Source of the DNA: Alkalispirochaeta sp. | GTDB lineage: Bacteria > Spirochaetota > Spirochaetia > DSM-27196 > Alkalispirochaetaceae | Direction of reading: 5' to 3' | DNA length: 64,000 nucleotides | Assembly: GCA_965601925.1 (NCBI GenBank) | Contig: OZ271854.1 | Coordinates: 1,888,001-1,952,000, forward strand | Made by a program: the position numbers and the translations under genes | Notes under the pieces: model-generated | Databases searched by the model: none | What the model saw: the letters and a program-made list of their open reading frames with translations, nothing else | What the model was told of the DNA's origin: nothing | Shown: positions 1 to 9,720 of the stretch, in pieces | Layout of the letters: the number at the start of each line of letters is the position of its first letter | Numbering within the stretch: the stretch's first letter is position 1

Positions 1-231
1 CTCGAGGTATTGAAAGAACGGAACGACCTCGAAGCCGGCGATGTAGCCGCCGTTAAACATGTCGGCAAAATCTCTGAGATCGACGAAGCGCGCGTCGGCG
101 TCGAGATACTCGTCGACATTCGCCATCGTGATCTCCTCGGTACCGGTGAGGCCCGCCCGGGTTTGCGAACAGGCGCCGAACAGCGCGATGAGTGCAACCG
201 CAGTTACGATCAGTAAAACTCTCGTTTTCAT
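1..231 (-). CDS. Rhodanese-like lipoprotein (5' part; runs off window start)
   Basis: Not in ORF track. ATG at 231 after AAGGAGG. Reads MKTRVLLIVTAVALIALFGAC-SQ (lipobox) ...ARFVDLRDFADMFNGGYIAGFEVVPF, which resembles the rhodanese N-terminal DxR...GHIxGA pattern. Confidence 0.65.
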   Translation of the reverse strand, partial: MKTRVLLIVTAVALIALFGACSQTRAGLTGTEEITMANVDEYLDADARFVDLRDFADMFNGGYIAGFEVVPFFQYLE

Positions 232-300
232 GGATTCCTCCTTGTACTATCCGCAGACCGTGCAGGTCGCGGCGTAGTGGTATGGATGTGGTACAGCCTT

Positions 301-891
301 TCAGCTGTAGTGTTGCTTGTGATACTCGAACAACCCCTGCAACATACGCATGGCGTTGTTCGGGGTTACCGTCGCTCCGGTGTATGCGTCGACCGCTCCG
401 TGCATCGCCTCGTAGGAGTCGATCTCCGCCTCGGTCTTGCCCACGATGCTCTCGTCGATGAAGGTGTCGAAGAGCTCGGCCACCGGGACGCCGTCCCACG
501 ATACGGTACTGTCGCCGTACATCCCGGCAGTGTAATGTCCGCTGGAGTCCTCATCGTAGGAGATCGTCGCAATAGAGTTGTCGCTCTTGTCGATCTCGAC
601 GAAGGCGACGGTCCAATAGTTGACCTCCGGGCCGCGACACGTGCACGCGATGTAGGCGATCTGGTACTTGACCGTGGCGAGCTGTTCGTACTCAAACAGC
701 ACGAACGCCGTGATGTCGCGCTCCTCTCCGTGGCCGTCCACGTGGGTGTAGCGAAAGGCGTTCTCGACCACGATCCCGCTCTCCATCGTAGGAGTCTCCG
801 GCGACTCCGGTGTACTCGCAACACCTTCTCCGCAGCCGGCAAGCGCGAGAATCGCAACGACAGCCGTTGCGATACCGATCAATCGTTTCAT
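301..891 (-). CDS. Lipoprotein with FMN-binding (flavinylation) motif
   Basis: Start moved to MKRLIGIATAVVAILALAGC (lipobox). C-terminal VDAYTGATVT matches the DxxTGAT flavinylation motif. Internal CTC. Confidence 0.75.
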   Translation of the reverse strand: MKRLIGIATAVVAILALAGCGEGVASTPESPETPTMESGIVVENAFRYTHVDGHGEERDITAFVLFEYEQLATVKYQIAYIACTCRGPEVNYWTVAFVEIDKSDNSIATISYDEDSSGHYTAGMYGDSTVSWDGVPVAELFDTFIDESIVGKTEAEIDSYEAMHGAVDAYTGATVTPNNAMRMLQGLFEYHKQHYS

Positions 892-990
892 AGGCAGCCC
901 CCTTCTTGGCGTCCGTCGCGTACGCACGGATTCGGAACTCGATCCCGTTCGCACGCGCGGAACGCGCTTTTCTGTCTTAGTATTGCTTTA

Positions 991-1019
991 TTTCTATAAC
1001 GATTTATCGATATAGTCAA
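991..1019 (-). promoter_or_regulatory. Putative sigma70 promoter overlapped by an inverted repeat
   Basis: TTGACT-17-TAGAAA on the minus strand. Inverted repeat CTATAACGAT-TT-ATCGATATAG (994-1015, 9/10 arms) spans the spacer. Confidence 0.4.
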
Positions 1020-1225
1020 ACTTAAATGTTCGGACATGATTCATTGCGTAACGACGAGGACACCGGAGAGATCCGTGCGCATCGGTACTCCGCATCAAGC
1101 GTCGCCGAGCGAAAGAGGACGAGGCGCGGCGGCGATCGCACGCTTCTCGTGCCGATCGACCGTGGGCGGCGAAACGTAGCTCTTGTCGTGCCGGGGCGCT
1201 TTTTTCTATTTTCTTATCTAATCAT

Positions 1226-2143
1226 ATGGATTTCGGCAAAGTAGCGAACCTCGACGACATCGACTTCACCCTCCCCCCGGATCATCGCGATACGACCGAC
1301 GTCATCGCCGAATGGGCGGCGAACCGCGCCGCAGCGCCGACGGAGATCTACGTCGGATGCGCAAAGTGGGGACGCCCCGATTGGGTAGGGCAGTTTTATC
1401 CCCGAGGAACGAAGGCGGCGCAGTTTCTGGCGCTCTACGCACGTAACTTCAATTGCGTCGAGCTCAATGCCACATACCATCGCATGCCCGCCGTGCCACA
1501 AACGCAAGGGTGGGCGAACCAGACGGCCGAAGACTTTCGCTTCTTCCCCAAGGTGTTTCAGGGGATTACCCACTGGAAGCGTCTCGGCGAGGCGGAGGAC
1601 ATGACCGAAGAGTTTCTCCACGGTCTCAGCGGCTTCGGCTCGCGTCTCGGCACGATTTTTCTTCAGCTTCCACCGAACTTCCCGCCCAAGCAGTTCGGGA
1701 CCTTACGTTCCTATCTGGAGTATTTCCCCACGACCGATTACAGCCTCACCGTCGAGTTTCGACATCCCGACTGGTTCGGCGACGTCGGTGTGTATGACGA
1801 GACGTTTGCCATGCTTCGCGAACTCGGCGTCGGTGCCGTCATTACCGACACCTCGGGGCGTCGCGACGTGCTGCACCAGCGTCTCACCACGCCCGAGGTC
1901 TTCATACGCTTTGTCGGCAACAACCTTCACCCGACGGATTTCACTCGACTGGACGCGTGGGCCGACCGCATCGCCGAGTGGATCCGCGAAGGGGCGCAGC
2001 GCATCTCGTTTTTCATGCACCATCCCGACGAGTTGCACTCTCCGAAACTGGTGACCCACTTCGTCGGTCTTCTGAACGAGCGTTGCGGCCTGTCTCTCAC
2101 CGTCCCGCAGTTGATGGAGAGACAATCGTCGCTCTTTGAATAG
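1226..2143 (+). CDS. DUF72 family protein
   Basis: YVGCAKWG, YARNFNCVELNATYH, FLQLPPNF, VEFRHPDWF and FIRFVG motifs. Confidence 0.9.
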   Translation: MDFGKVANLDDIDFTLPPDHRDTTDVIAEWAANRAAAPTEIYVGCAKWGRPDWVGQFYPRGTKAAQFLALYARNFNCVELNATYHRMPAVPQTQGWANQTAEDFRFFPKVFQGITHWKRLGEAEDMTEEFLHGLSGFGSRLGTIFLQLPPNFPPKQFGTLRSYLEYFPTTDYSLTVEFRHPDWFGDVGVYDETFAMLRELGVGAVITDTSGRRDVLHQRLTTPEVFIRFVGNNLHPTDFTRLDAWADRIAEWIREGAQRISFFMHHPDELHSPKLVTHFVGLLNERCGLSLTVPQLMERQSSLFE

Positions 2144-2249
2144 GGGCCGAGATGCTCTGCTCCCGGTCGTGGCGGTATCGTCGGCCGATCGGGCCGGCCG
2201 ACTCACATGTGTCCATCCGTCGACACATCCTCTTCGACGCTCCTCGCGT

Positions 2250-3431
2250 TCAGCCCCTCCGAGCGGTTGTCTTTTCGGCAACTCCGGCGGCGATGCGGTA
2301 GAGCGCGTACAGCCCGAGGGCTACCGCCGCGGTACGGGCGACGCCGCCGGCGATGCCGAACCGCGTCGCAAACGCACTGAACAAGAGGCCGAAGATCAAA
2401 CTCACCACTTGCTCCAGCTGGGACGCCACCGATTCGGCGGTCGCGCGGAAGCGAGACTCGGCTGCGTTATGCAGCACCGAGAGCCCAAGAACGTCCAAGG
2501 CTCCCCACATGAGATACAGAACACCGACGATAGAGAGGGCGAATGGAAGGGCGACCACGCCGAAGACGATCTGGAGTACGAGAAACGACGCCACAGCCGC
2601 CGGAAAAAATCCTCTCCACCGCGCTGCTTCCTCCAGTGTATGGCCCAACAGACCCCCGACGCCCCGAAAAATGTAGGCCGCAGCGACGACGACACCGAAA
2701 GACCAGACTGGCATGCCGTTGTCCCGAAGAAACAACGTAATGAACTCGTCCAAGTAGACGATTCCGGCGGCGATCGATACGCCGGCAACGACGGCGGACA
2801 GTACGCGGGGTGTGCGAAAGACCACCGCTAGACCGTTGCGGAAGATACCCGTCGGGTCATGACGTTCCTCCGACGCTCCCGTCCGCTGCGGGTCGGTGAG
2901 AAACGCGAGCGCAATCGCCGACAGTACGCTTCCTATCACGGCTATTCGGTACAGCGCCACCATCGATGTGTGCTCCGCCAAGAAGCCCCCGACGAGGAGC
3001 GCGACGACGATCGTGCCGTTCTCGACCATCTGTATACGTCCCAGCACTTTTGCAAAGGTGTGCTCTTTCCCCGCCGTCGAGAGGGACTCGTAGATCACCG
3101 CGTTAAGCGTGCCGCTCGTCAGCGTCTCCGTAACCGCGGCAACTGCGGCCACCGCGGCAAAGTGAAAGAATCGAGACGCATAGATGACGATTGCGAACTC
3201 AACGGCCTGAAGGAGTGCTGCACCGATAAGCACGGTCCTGCGACTCGACCGATCCGAGACGATGCCCGCCGGAATCTCAAGGAGTAGAATGGCGACGATA
3301 TAGATGATCTCGGTGAACACCACGTCCCGCACGTCCATGGAACGAGACTCCCAGAAGATCCGTTCGATGACGTAGGCGAACACGAGATTCTTCAAAAAAA
3401 GATAAACAGTGATGATATGTATGTTGCGCAT
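2250..3431 (-). CDS. MFS transporter (probable efflux)
   Basis: About 12 hydrophobic segments; motif-A-like EIPAGIVSDRSSRR; RFRATAES. Confidence 0.88.
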   Translation of the reverse strand: MRNIHIITVYLFLKNLVFAYVIERIFWESRSMDVRDVVFTEIIYIVAILLLEIPAGIVSDRSSRRTVLIGAALLQAVEFAIVIYASRFFHFAAVAAVAAVTETLTSGTLNAVIYESLSTAGKEHTFAKVLGRIQMVENGTIVVALLVGGFLAEHTSMVALYRIAVIGSVLSAIALAFLTDPQRTGASEERHDPTGIFRNGLAVVFRTPRVLSAVVAGVSIAAGIVYLDEFITLFLRDNGMPVWSFGVVVAAAYIFRGVGGLLGHTLEEAARWRGFFPAAVASFLVLQIVFGVVALPFALSIVGVLYLMWGALDVLGLSVLHNAAESRFRATAESVASQLEQVVSLIFGLLFSAFATRFGIAGGVARTAAVALGLYALYRIAAGVAEKTTARRG

Positions 3432-3433
3432 GG

Positions 3434-3557
3434 CGCTCCCCTCTCTGTGTTGAAGTAGTTGGCTTGCGGTTCAACACCGAGGAGTCGGAGGACCCCGGAG
3501 AGGAGCGTCGGCTCTGAGATGTGAGCGTTAATAGGTAACGCGATTTACCCGTTTCAT
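3434..3557 (-). promoter_or_regulatory. Putative translational attenuator: leader peptide MKRVNRVTY (3528-3557) plus SD-sequestering hairpin
   Basis: 9-codon uORF; CGCTCCTCTC is complementary to the SD region GAGAGGGGAGCG; internal perfect stem GTGTTGAA/TTCAACAC. Confidence 0.6.
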
Positions 3558-3632
3558 AACGAGTCGATAGTAACCGCTATGAAACGGCTTGTTCAAGATG
3601 GGACGCCGCGGCACCGATCTCTCTCGATGTGC

Positions 3633-4547
3633 CTAAGAATCTGAGAGAATACGACGCGCGGCACGAGCCAAGAGCGACTCGGAATCGAGCGCAATGAGCC
3701 TGCGGAGCGCATCATCGGCCGGCTCGCCGCGTCCATCGAGGCGAAGCGTCTCGGCGAGCGTATATTCCATCGTCTGCAGTTCGTCGGTCGAGAAGACGGA
3801 CCGGTCGAGTGAGACGAGGATTGAGAGCATCGCATCGGGATTTTCCGTTCCGGCGTACACGACAAAGGCCATCATCGCGTACCGTCTATACCAGGGCTCA
3901 TGCGGCGACGGAGTTATCTCTTCGATGACGGTCAACGCCTCGTTCGCTCGGCCCGCATCAAGGAGCCGTTCGGCGAGGGACAGACGCACCGGCGCGCTCC
4001 CGTCGAACATCACCGCCTCTCGATAGAGCGCTATCGCCGTCTCGTCGTCACCGCTTCGCCACGCGTCCTCCGCCGCGGCGACGAGATCGCCGGTCGGATC
4101 CCCGAGATCCCACGCCTCCTCGCCCGCGTAGTCGCCGCGTACTCCGGCGACCGTATCGCCCGTCGAGTCTTCGGCAAAGAGAAGCGATCGCCAGCGCTCT
4201 GAAATTCGTTCGATTCCCGATTCACGCGCGCCGTCGGACGGATCGAGGTAATCCAGAAGTGGAAAGCGCCCCGGGCCCAAAATGCGAACGATTGAATCGG
4301 GCCCTTGAATCTCCGCGTATGCCGACGTCTCCAACACCAGCACGCCTGCGGCGGTCACTCGATCGCCGATTTCCAGAAAGCGTCCCTCGCTCTCGGGACT
4401 CGCGGAAGTCGGAAGATAACCGACCGGACCGTCGACGTATACCACCGTCGCCTCCTCGGCGTGGGCGATATGGACGGCGAGAAGCGCGACGACGATAAGT
4501 ATGTGATGTACTCGTCCGTTTCGATGCGTCCTTCCTGCGTATCTCAT
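3633..4547 (-). CDS. Exported FecR-like / TPR protein
   Basis: Signal peptide (AHA-EE), FecR-like YVDGPV..LEIGD..AYAEI, VAGVRG, helical TPR-like C-terminus. Translationally coupled to the upstream gene. Confidence 0.65.
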   Translation of the reverse strand: MRYAGRTHRNGRVHHILIVVALLAVHIAHAEEATVVYVDGPVGYLPTSASPESEGRFLEIGDRVTAAGVLVLETSAYAEIQGPDSIVRILGPGRFPLLDYLDPSDGARESGIERISERWRSLLFAEDSTGDTVAGVRGDYAGEEAWDLGDPTGDLVAAAEDAWRSGDDETAIALYREAVMFDGSAPVRLSLAERLLDAGRANEALTVIEEITPSPHEPWYRRYAMMAFVVYAGTENPDAMLSILVSLDRSVFSTDELQTMEYTLAETLRLDGRGEPADDALRRLIALDSESLLARAARRILSDS

Positions 4548-7500
4548 AGTTCACCTCTCGATCGAACGGCCTCTTCCGAGTCGGGCAGAACGGCGGTCGC
4601 CGGATCGAACTCATCGGAAGCGCGATTGACGCCGTCGCGGTCTACAATAGCGTACCGAGCCGCGAGGCTCGGCGAACGGTCGTTTACGAGTTGTATGTGC
4701 CGGCGTGCGCGACCTCCTCGCCCGGAATCTATGTAACTCCGCGCCAACAGGGCGTGGATCAAAACGGCATCGGGAAAACGTTCGATTGCCGGCTCCAACA
4801 CCTCGACGGCGCGTTCCGGACGATTCTGAGAAAGCAGGTAGCTTGCGAAGTGCACCCTCGGAAGAGCCGTTTCCGGCGCCGCTTCGATCGCCGCGGAGAA
4901 GCTGCGCTCCGCCTCGTTCCACATGCCGAATCGACTGTGGAGCGTTCCGAGGCGGCTCAAAAGCGCTGCACTGCGGTTCGCCTCTGCCCGACTCTCTATC
5001 GCGGCTACCGCCGGTCGGTATATGTGGGAGGCGAGTTGTGCGGTGGTACGATCGCCTTGTTCCGCGATCGACCCGGCGGAGGGGAGCGTAAGGTTGAGTT
5101 GCGTCGGCGGAACGGGAATCGTCGGATAGCGTGCACGGGCGACCTCGGTCGGGATGAAATCGATCGCTCCGACTCCGCCGACCGCTTCGATACGTTCCGC
5201 CGCGGCGCGTATCGTTCCCACGAAACCGCGGCGCAGCACCGTCGTCTCAACGGGGAGCCACACCGTGTCGCCGTGCGTGACGACCGGATATCCCGCACTC
5301 CGGTAGATCCACCCGTTGGCCGCCGGTTCTCCGGTGTCGAAGGCGATAAGGACGTGGTCGGGTGTCGTGACGATGGCCGTCGGAATGCCTACCGCCTCCA
5401 ACAGCGACGCCAAAAGCGCGCTCGTGTCGTCGCAGTCACCGACTCGATTGAGGAGCGTGGCACGAGGGAATCGTACCGTATCGACGACGTCGTTCCGTTG
5501 TAGAATCGCCGAAATGGGGGTGCGCGGATCCTCGACGTACGAGATTCCGTAGAGTCCCAACGCGTCGATGATGCGCGCCGCACGAAGGAACGAGCGCGAA
5601 AACGCGTTTGTCGACTCTTCGTCCACTGCCGTCGTCGCGGCAAAGGCGAAGCGACTTACATTGGATTCATTGGGCGTAATGAAGGATGCGAGCCGCTCGG
5701 TCTCGATCCATGTCAACGCCGTTCGACGATGGAGCGTAAGCGATCCCGCGCTCCGGCGAGTGTATTCCCGACCGGCATCGGATGCAAACACTCGCACATG
5801 CGCCTGGAGCGGCAGGTCCTCCTCGACCTCGAATACATCGGTGTTCAGGACGAGTCGAAGGGGTAGCTCGCGTCGCCCTCCCGGTGGAATCGGCTCGGCA
5901 AGCTCGGTGACGGTCGGAAAATCGCTGTAACGTCGCACCTCGATCTCCGCGCGCACCTCCGTGAGCGGCGTCTGTCCGCGATTGACCACCGTCACGGTAC
6001 CGACCGGCCGCGTACGATATGTCGACAGAAGCGAAGGAAATACGTTGTCCAGAACGACCCCCTCCACCGAGAGCGGGTTGGTGCCGGCCTCGCCGTTCCC
6101 ATCGCTCGCGAAGTCCCGTCGGAGCGCATCCATCCGGTCCGGCACACCGGTCATATCGGGACGAATCGCGAGCACTTGCTCGTAGAGTTGCAGCGCCCGC
6201 AGATAGTCCGCCCTCGCGCTTGCCGGCCCCAATCTCGATAACTGCTCGCGCGCGGCGGTTGCGGCGGCGTCCGCCTGCATGATGAGACGAGCCAACTCGA
6301 CGCGCTCAAGGCCCATCTGCGCCTCGGTATTGAACGGATCGAGGTCCAGCACGTACTGCCACGTGGCGCCGGCAAGGATCGATGCGCCGACTTCATCGTA
6401 TAGACGCGCCTTCTGTGCGAGAAGCGCCGGATCCTCACCGACGCGCGCAATGTCGCGGTTAATCGCCGCGAGTCGTCGGTGATGTTCCCGTTCCGCGTCG
6501 TCGCCGCCGATAGCGAGCGTCGTATCACGAAGTCGTGTGATCGTCCTGCGAGCGGAGTCGACCGAGTAGATATATCCGAGATTCGAGTCCACGGCGACGG
6601 CAACGGCTTGTTGAAAACCGCTCTCGCGTCCATCGGGAAGGTACGGGAGAGACCACTCGGGCTGTCCGTCTCGGGCGAGTTTCCAAAGGCCGACGCGGGT
6701 GAGAAGCACAAAGCCGCCGTCGCGGTACGGCGCGATACCGACCGTCTGACCGGACACCGCGGTCGGGACGGCGGGGATAATCGAGTCGACGACGCGCCCG
6801 TCGGGTGCATGAATGAGAAGCCGTTGTTCGGTCGCATCGAACACCCAGATATTCCCGGTGGGTCCCGCTGCAGCGGCGGTGACGTAGGAGTGGGGGTGGG
6901 TGAATAACGGCACCTCTTCACGTTCGCGCCCGGAGATACGTACGGCCCGTTTTGCGACCGCGTCGATAGTGACGACCGAGCCGTCGGGCAGGACCACCAA
7001 GGGGCCGAAGCCGCCGACTCCGTTGCGTATCCGCTGCGGGCGTATCGCGCCCGGAACGATGCGATACAGATCGGTACCCTGCGCGGGTTGAAAATAGAGC
7101 GTGCCCGCCGGAGTGGCGGCCGTTGACCGCGCATAGGTGTAGTTGCCTTGATCCAGAAGCGCGCTTCCCGGAAACGAGCGAACGCGAAACAGTGGATCGA
7201 TTTCAACGGCGAAGGTGTTGCCGGCCACAACGATGTTTCCATCGGGCATGGTGGTAAGGTCGGTCGGGTAGAGACTGAGAGTAGCGTGAGCCGGTGAGCT
7301 CGGTCTCACATGCTCCAGCGGCAGTTCGTCGATGTACTCGATCGGAGCGTCGTTCGGACTCGGCCACCCGTAGATCGCCGGCTCGAAGTACCGCAGTGCT
7401 TGGGTAAGGACGCCGGGCAATATCTCGTCCCACGGCGCCCTGAGAACGAGCGCCGCCTCTTCGCCCGATCCTCCGGTGAGGTTGACGGCGATAAAGCGAT

Positions 7501-7765
7501 CTCCGTCACCCTCGATCGCGGTAATCGACAGGGTTGCGAGTGCGCGTTCGGTTCCGTCGGCGCGACGGTACGCACGATCCTCACGCGCGCGATCGGCGGC
7601 GGAAATCGCAACGGCCAGCGAATCCTCAAAGTGGCCGGCAAGCTCCGGTGTCGACGCTTGAATAAGGGTGATATCGACCGCGATCGTCTCGGCGGCGATG
7701 AAGCCGCCGCAACACATCATCATAACGGCGGCGATGCGGGAGACCCACGAGCCGTGTGTTTTCAT
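4544..7765 (-). CDS. Large exported beta-propeller (NHL-like)/TPR/transglutaminase-like protein
   Basis: Signal peptide; NHL-like repeats (GNIWVFD, GYIYSVD); TPRs; GDCDDTSALLASLLEAVGI...PDHV Cys-His core. Confidence 0.75.
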   Translation of the reverse strand: MKTHGSWVSRIAAVMMMCCGGFIAAETIAVDITLIQASTPELAGHFEDSLAVAISAADRAREDRAYRRADGTERALATLSITAIEGDGDRFIAVNLTGGSGEEAALVLRAPWDEILPGVLTQALRYFEPAIYGWPSPNDAPIEYIDELPLEHVRPSSPAHATLSLYPTDLTTMPDGNIVVAGNTFAVEIDPLFRVRSFPGSALLDQGNYTYARSTAATPAGTLYFQPAQGTDLYRIVPGAIRPQRIRNGVGGFGPLVVLPDGSVVTIDAVAKRAVRISGREREEVPLFTHPHSYVTAAAAGPTGNIWVFDATEQRLLIHAPDGRVVDSIIPAVPTAVSGQTVGIAPYRDGGFVLLTRVGLWKLARDGQPEWSLPYLPDGRESGFQQAVAVAVDSNLGYIYSVDSARRTITRLRDTTLAIGGDDAEREHHRRLAAINRDIARVGEDPALLAQKARLYDEVGASILAGATWQYVLDLDPFNTEAQMGLERVELARLIMQADAAATAAREQLSRLGPASARADYLRALQLYEQVLAIRPDMTGVPDRMDALRRDFASDGNGEAGTNPLSVEGVVLDNVFPSLLSTYRTRPVGTVTVVNRGQTPLTEVRAEIEVRRYSDFPTVTELAEPIPPGGRRELPLRLVLNTDVFEVEEDLPLQAHVRVFASDAGREYTRRSAGSLTLHRRTALTWIETERLASFITPNESNVSRFAFAATTAVDEESTNAFSRSFLRAARIIDALGLYGISYVEDPRTPISAILQRNDVVDTVRFPRATLLNRVGDCDDTSALLASLLEAVGIPTAIVTTPDHVLIAFDTGEPAANGWIYRSAGYPVVTHGDTVWLPVETTVLRRGFVGTIRAAAERIEAVGGVGAIDFIPTEVARARYPTIPVPPTQLNLTLPSAGSIAEQGDRTTAQLASHIYRPAVAAIESRAEANRSAALLSRLGTLHSRFGMWNEAERSFSAAIEAAPETALPRVHFASYLLSQNRPERAVEVLEPAIERFPDAVLIHALLARSYIDSGRGGRARRHIQLVNDRSPSLAARYAIVDRDGVNRASDEFDPATAVLPDSEEAVRSRGEL

Positions 7766-7872
7766 CGATACAATAGTAGGACGGAGTCGCGAGGCGGGTA
7801 AATACTCACCGCCCCGTGACCGTGATGTCGACTTCGCGCCGGCCCCATGGTCGGCGGTGTGCGACCGCCCCG

Positions 7873-8529
7873 TTATCCCCTCCAGTCGAGCTGTCGGAGG
7901 CGGCGCTCCATCATATCGGGAAATCGCTTATGCCACGCGGCGTTGAGCGGCGACGGGTGGGGTAGCGGGTAGAGGTGCATCGTCTTTCCGCAAAGTTCTA
8001 CCTCCAACGACGCCTCGTAACGGTCCTCCCGTCGCCAAAAATCCGCGAGCCGCCCTTTGAGCGACGCATCGGCCAGAGCGAACCACTCGAATGCCTGGTT
8101 GCCGAGGGTGATCAGTCGATCGCCCTCCCAGTACTCGACCAGAAGATCCGTGATGAACGGAACAAAGCGACGTTTCACCGTTGTGGACCACGCCTTGTTG
8201 CCGACCGGCTTGTACGGCACCGTGTTCCCCCAGAAGATGCGCCTACCGACTTCGATCGACTGCTCCAACGAGGGCGTCCCTACACCGCCGGCGGCGCGAT
8301 GGAGTGCGGCGCGCACCAACTGTCCGCCTTTACCGATGAAGGGCTCGCCGAGCGCTATCTCGGTGCGTCCCGGGTCGCGTCCGAATATGCCGACGCGCGC
8401 CTCGATACTCCCGGAGCCCAGAAGCACCGGCGACGACGAAGCGCGTCCCGCCGTGCGGTACGCATCGAAGTCTATCGTCATCTCACCTTTGCTCGCTTCG
8501 TTCGCGATGCGGTCGAGCAACTGTTGCAT
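7873..8529 (-). CDS. Uracil-DNA glycosylase family protein
   Basis: GIFGRDPGRTE, EPFIGKGG, NTVPYKP and LPHPSPLN motifs. Start uncertain. Confidence 0.85.
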   Translation of the reverse strand: MQQLLDRIANEASKGEMTIDFDAYRTAGRASSSPVLLGSGSIEARVGIFGRDPGRTEIALGEPFIGKGGQLVRAALHRAAGGVGTPSLEQSIEVGRRIFWGNTVPYKPVGNKAWSTTVKRRFVPFITDLLVEYWEGDRLITLGNQAFEWFALADASLKGRLADFWRREDRYEASLEVELCGKTMHLYPLPHPSPLNAAWHKRFPDMMERRLRQLDWRG

Positions 8530-8632
8530 TGCGAGAGAGTATACCGCGGAACGCGGTTGCATGGCGCGCGGTGTATCGCCCGTTTTGCGCCACAACGATT
8601 TGCGGTTGTTCCATTAACCGCTCGACGCGGAT

Positions 8633-9628
8633 ATGGTGGTACGTGCCATGAGAGCTTTGACCTTCGATCCGTCGAGCGATCGATTTGCACTTGTCGAGCG
8701 ACCTACGCCCGCGCCCGGTCCGCGCGACGCGTTGATACGGGTCGACGCGTGCGGTCTGAACCCGGTCGATGCGAAGATTTGTCAGTGGAAGGCGTTGGTG
8801 CCGCATATGGGCGACGACTGGACGCCGGGTTTGGACGTCGCGGGCACCATCGTTCAGATCGGTGAGGAGGTAGACTCGTGGACGATCGGTGATCGAGTAC
8901 TGTGCCACGGTAACATGTTTCGCCCCCACGGAGGCTTTGCCGAGTACTCGCTGCAACGCGCCGATGCGCTCATTCGCCATCCGAATGTATCGGCTCCCGT
9001 TGCCGCGGCGACGCCGTGCGCCGGATGGACCGCATGGCGCGCGTTGGTGGACAAACTGCGCGCCGGCACCGAGGATTCACTCGTTATCGCCGGAGGATCG
9101 GGCGGCGTCGGAAGCTTCGCGATCCAGATCGCGCGCCATCTGGGCGTGTATCCGATTATCGCGACGGCATCGGGGCGCAACCACGACTACGTCGCGTCGC
9201 TGGGCGCGACCCACACCATCGACTACCGCACCGAGGACGTCGTCGGTCGCGTGCACGAGATCACCGGCGGCACCGGCGTAACGCTCGGTATCGACGCCGT
9301 AGGACCGGACAACGATGTCGCGATCGCCGATTGTCTGTCGTTCGAGGGTCACATGGTAGAGTTGGTCGACGTCGTTCGGCCCACCGCCTATCGCGACGCC
9401 TTCTCGCGGGGCCTTAGCTTTCACCAACTCAGCCTAGGCTCCGGCCACCGCAACGGGCCGGCGGCGCTGCGCGACCTGGTAGCGGCGGGCGCGGCGGTCT
9501 CCTCGCTGGTCGCGCAAGGCCACGTGAAGACACCGATGCTCAAAACGATATCCATCGATCTAGTCGGCGACACGCTGAACGCGATGCTCCAGCGGCGGAC
9601 GGTCGGCAAGATCGTAATGGTCAGTTAG
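8633..9628 (+). CDS. MDR-family (zinc-binding dehydrogenase / quinone oxidoreductase-like) protein
   Basis: GLNPVD, PGLDVAG, GGFAEY, AGGSGGVGSFAIQIA, GKIV. Confidence 0.9.
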   Translation: MVVRAMRALTFDPSSDRFALVERPTPAPGPRDALIRVDACGLNPVDAKICQWKALVPHMGDDWTPGLDVAGTIVQIGEEVDSWTIGDRVLCHGNMFRPHGGFAEYSLQRADALIRHPNVSAPVAAATPCAGWTAWRALVDKLRAGTEDSLVIAGGSGGVGSFAIQIARHLGVYPIIATASGRNHDYVASLGATHTIDYRTEDVVGRVHEITGGTGVTLGIDAVGPDNDVAIADCLSFEGHMVELVDVVRPTAYRDAFSRGLSFHQLSLGSGHRNGPAALRDLVAAGAAVSSLVAQGHVKTPMLKTISIDLVGDTLNAMLQRRTVGKIVMVS

Positions 9629-9698
9629 ACCGGTGCGCGTACCGTCTTCTCCCGGTTTTTGAGGACGTGTACTCTCGCCGCCGATGCGTTTCGAGGTG

Positions 9699-9719
9699 GC
9701 GTCGCACAATCGGCCGGCG
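9699..9719. repeat. 21-bp direct repeat, copy 1 (GCGTCGCACAATCGGCCGGCG)
   Basis: Identical to 10771-10791, with degenerate similarity extending about 30 bp to the left. Confidence 0.9.
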
Positions 9720-9720
9720 G

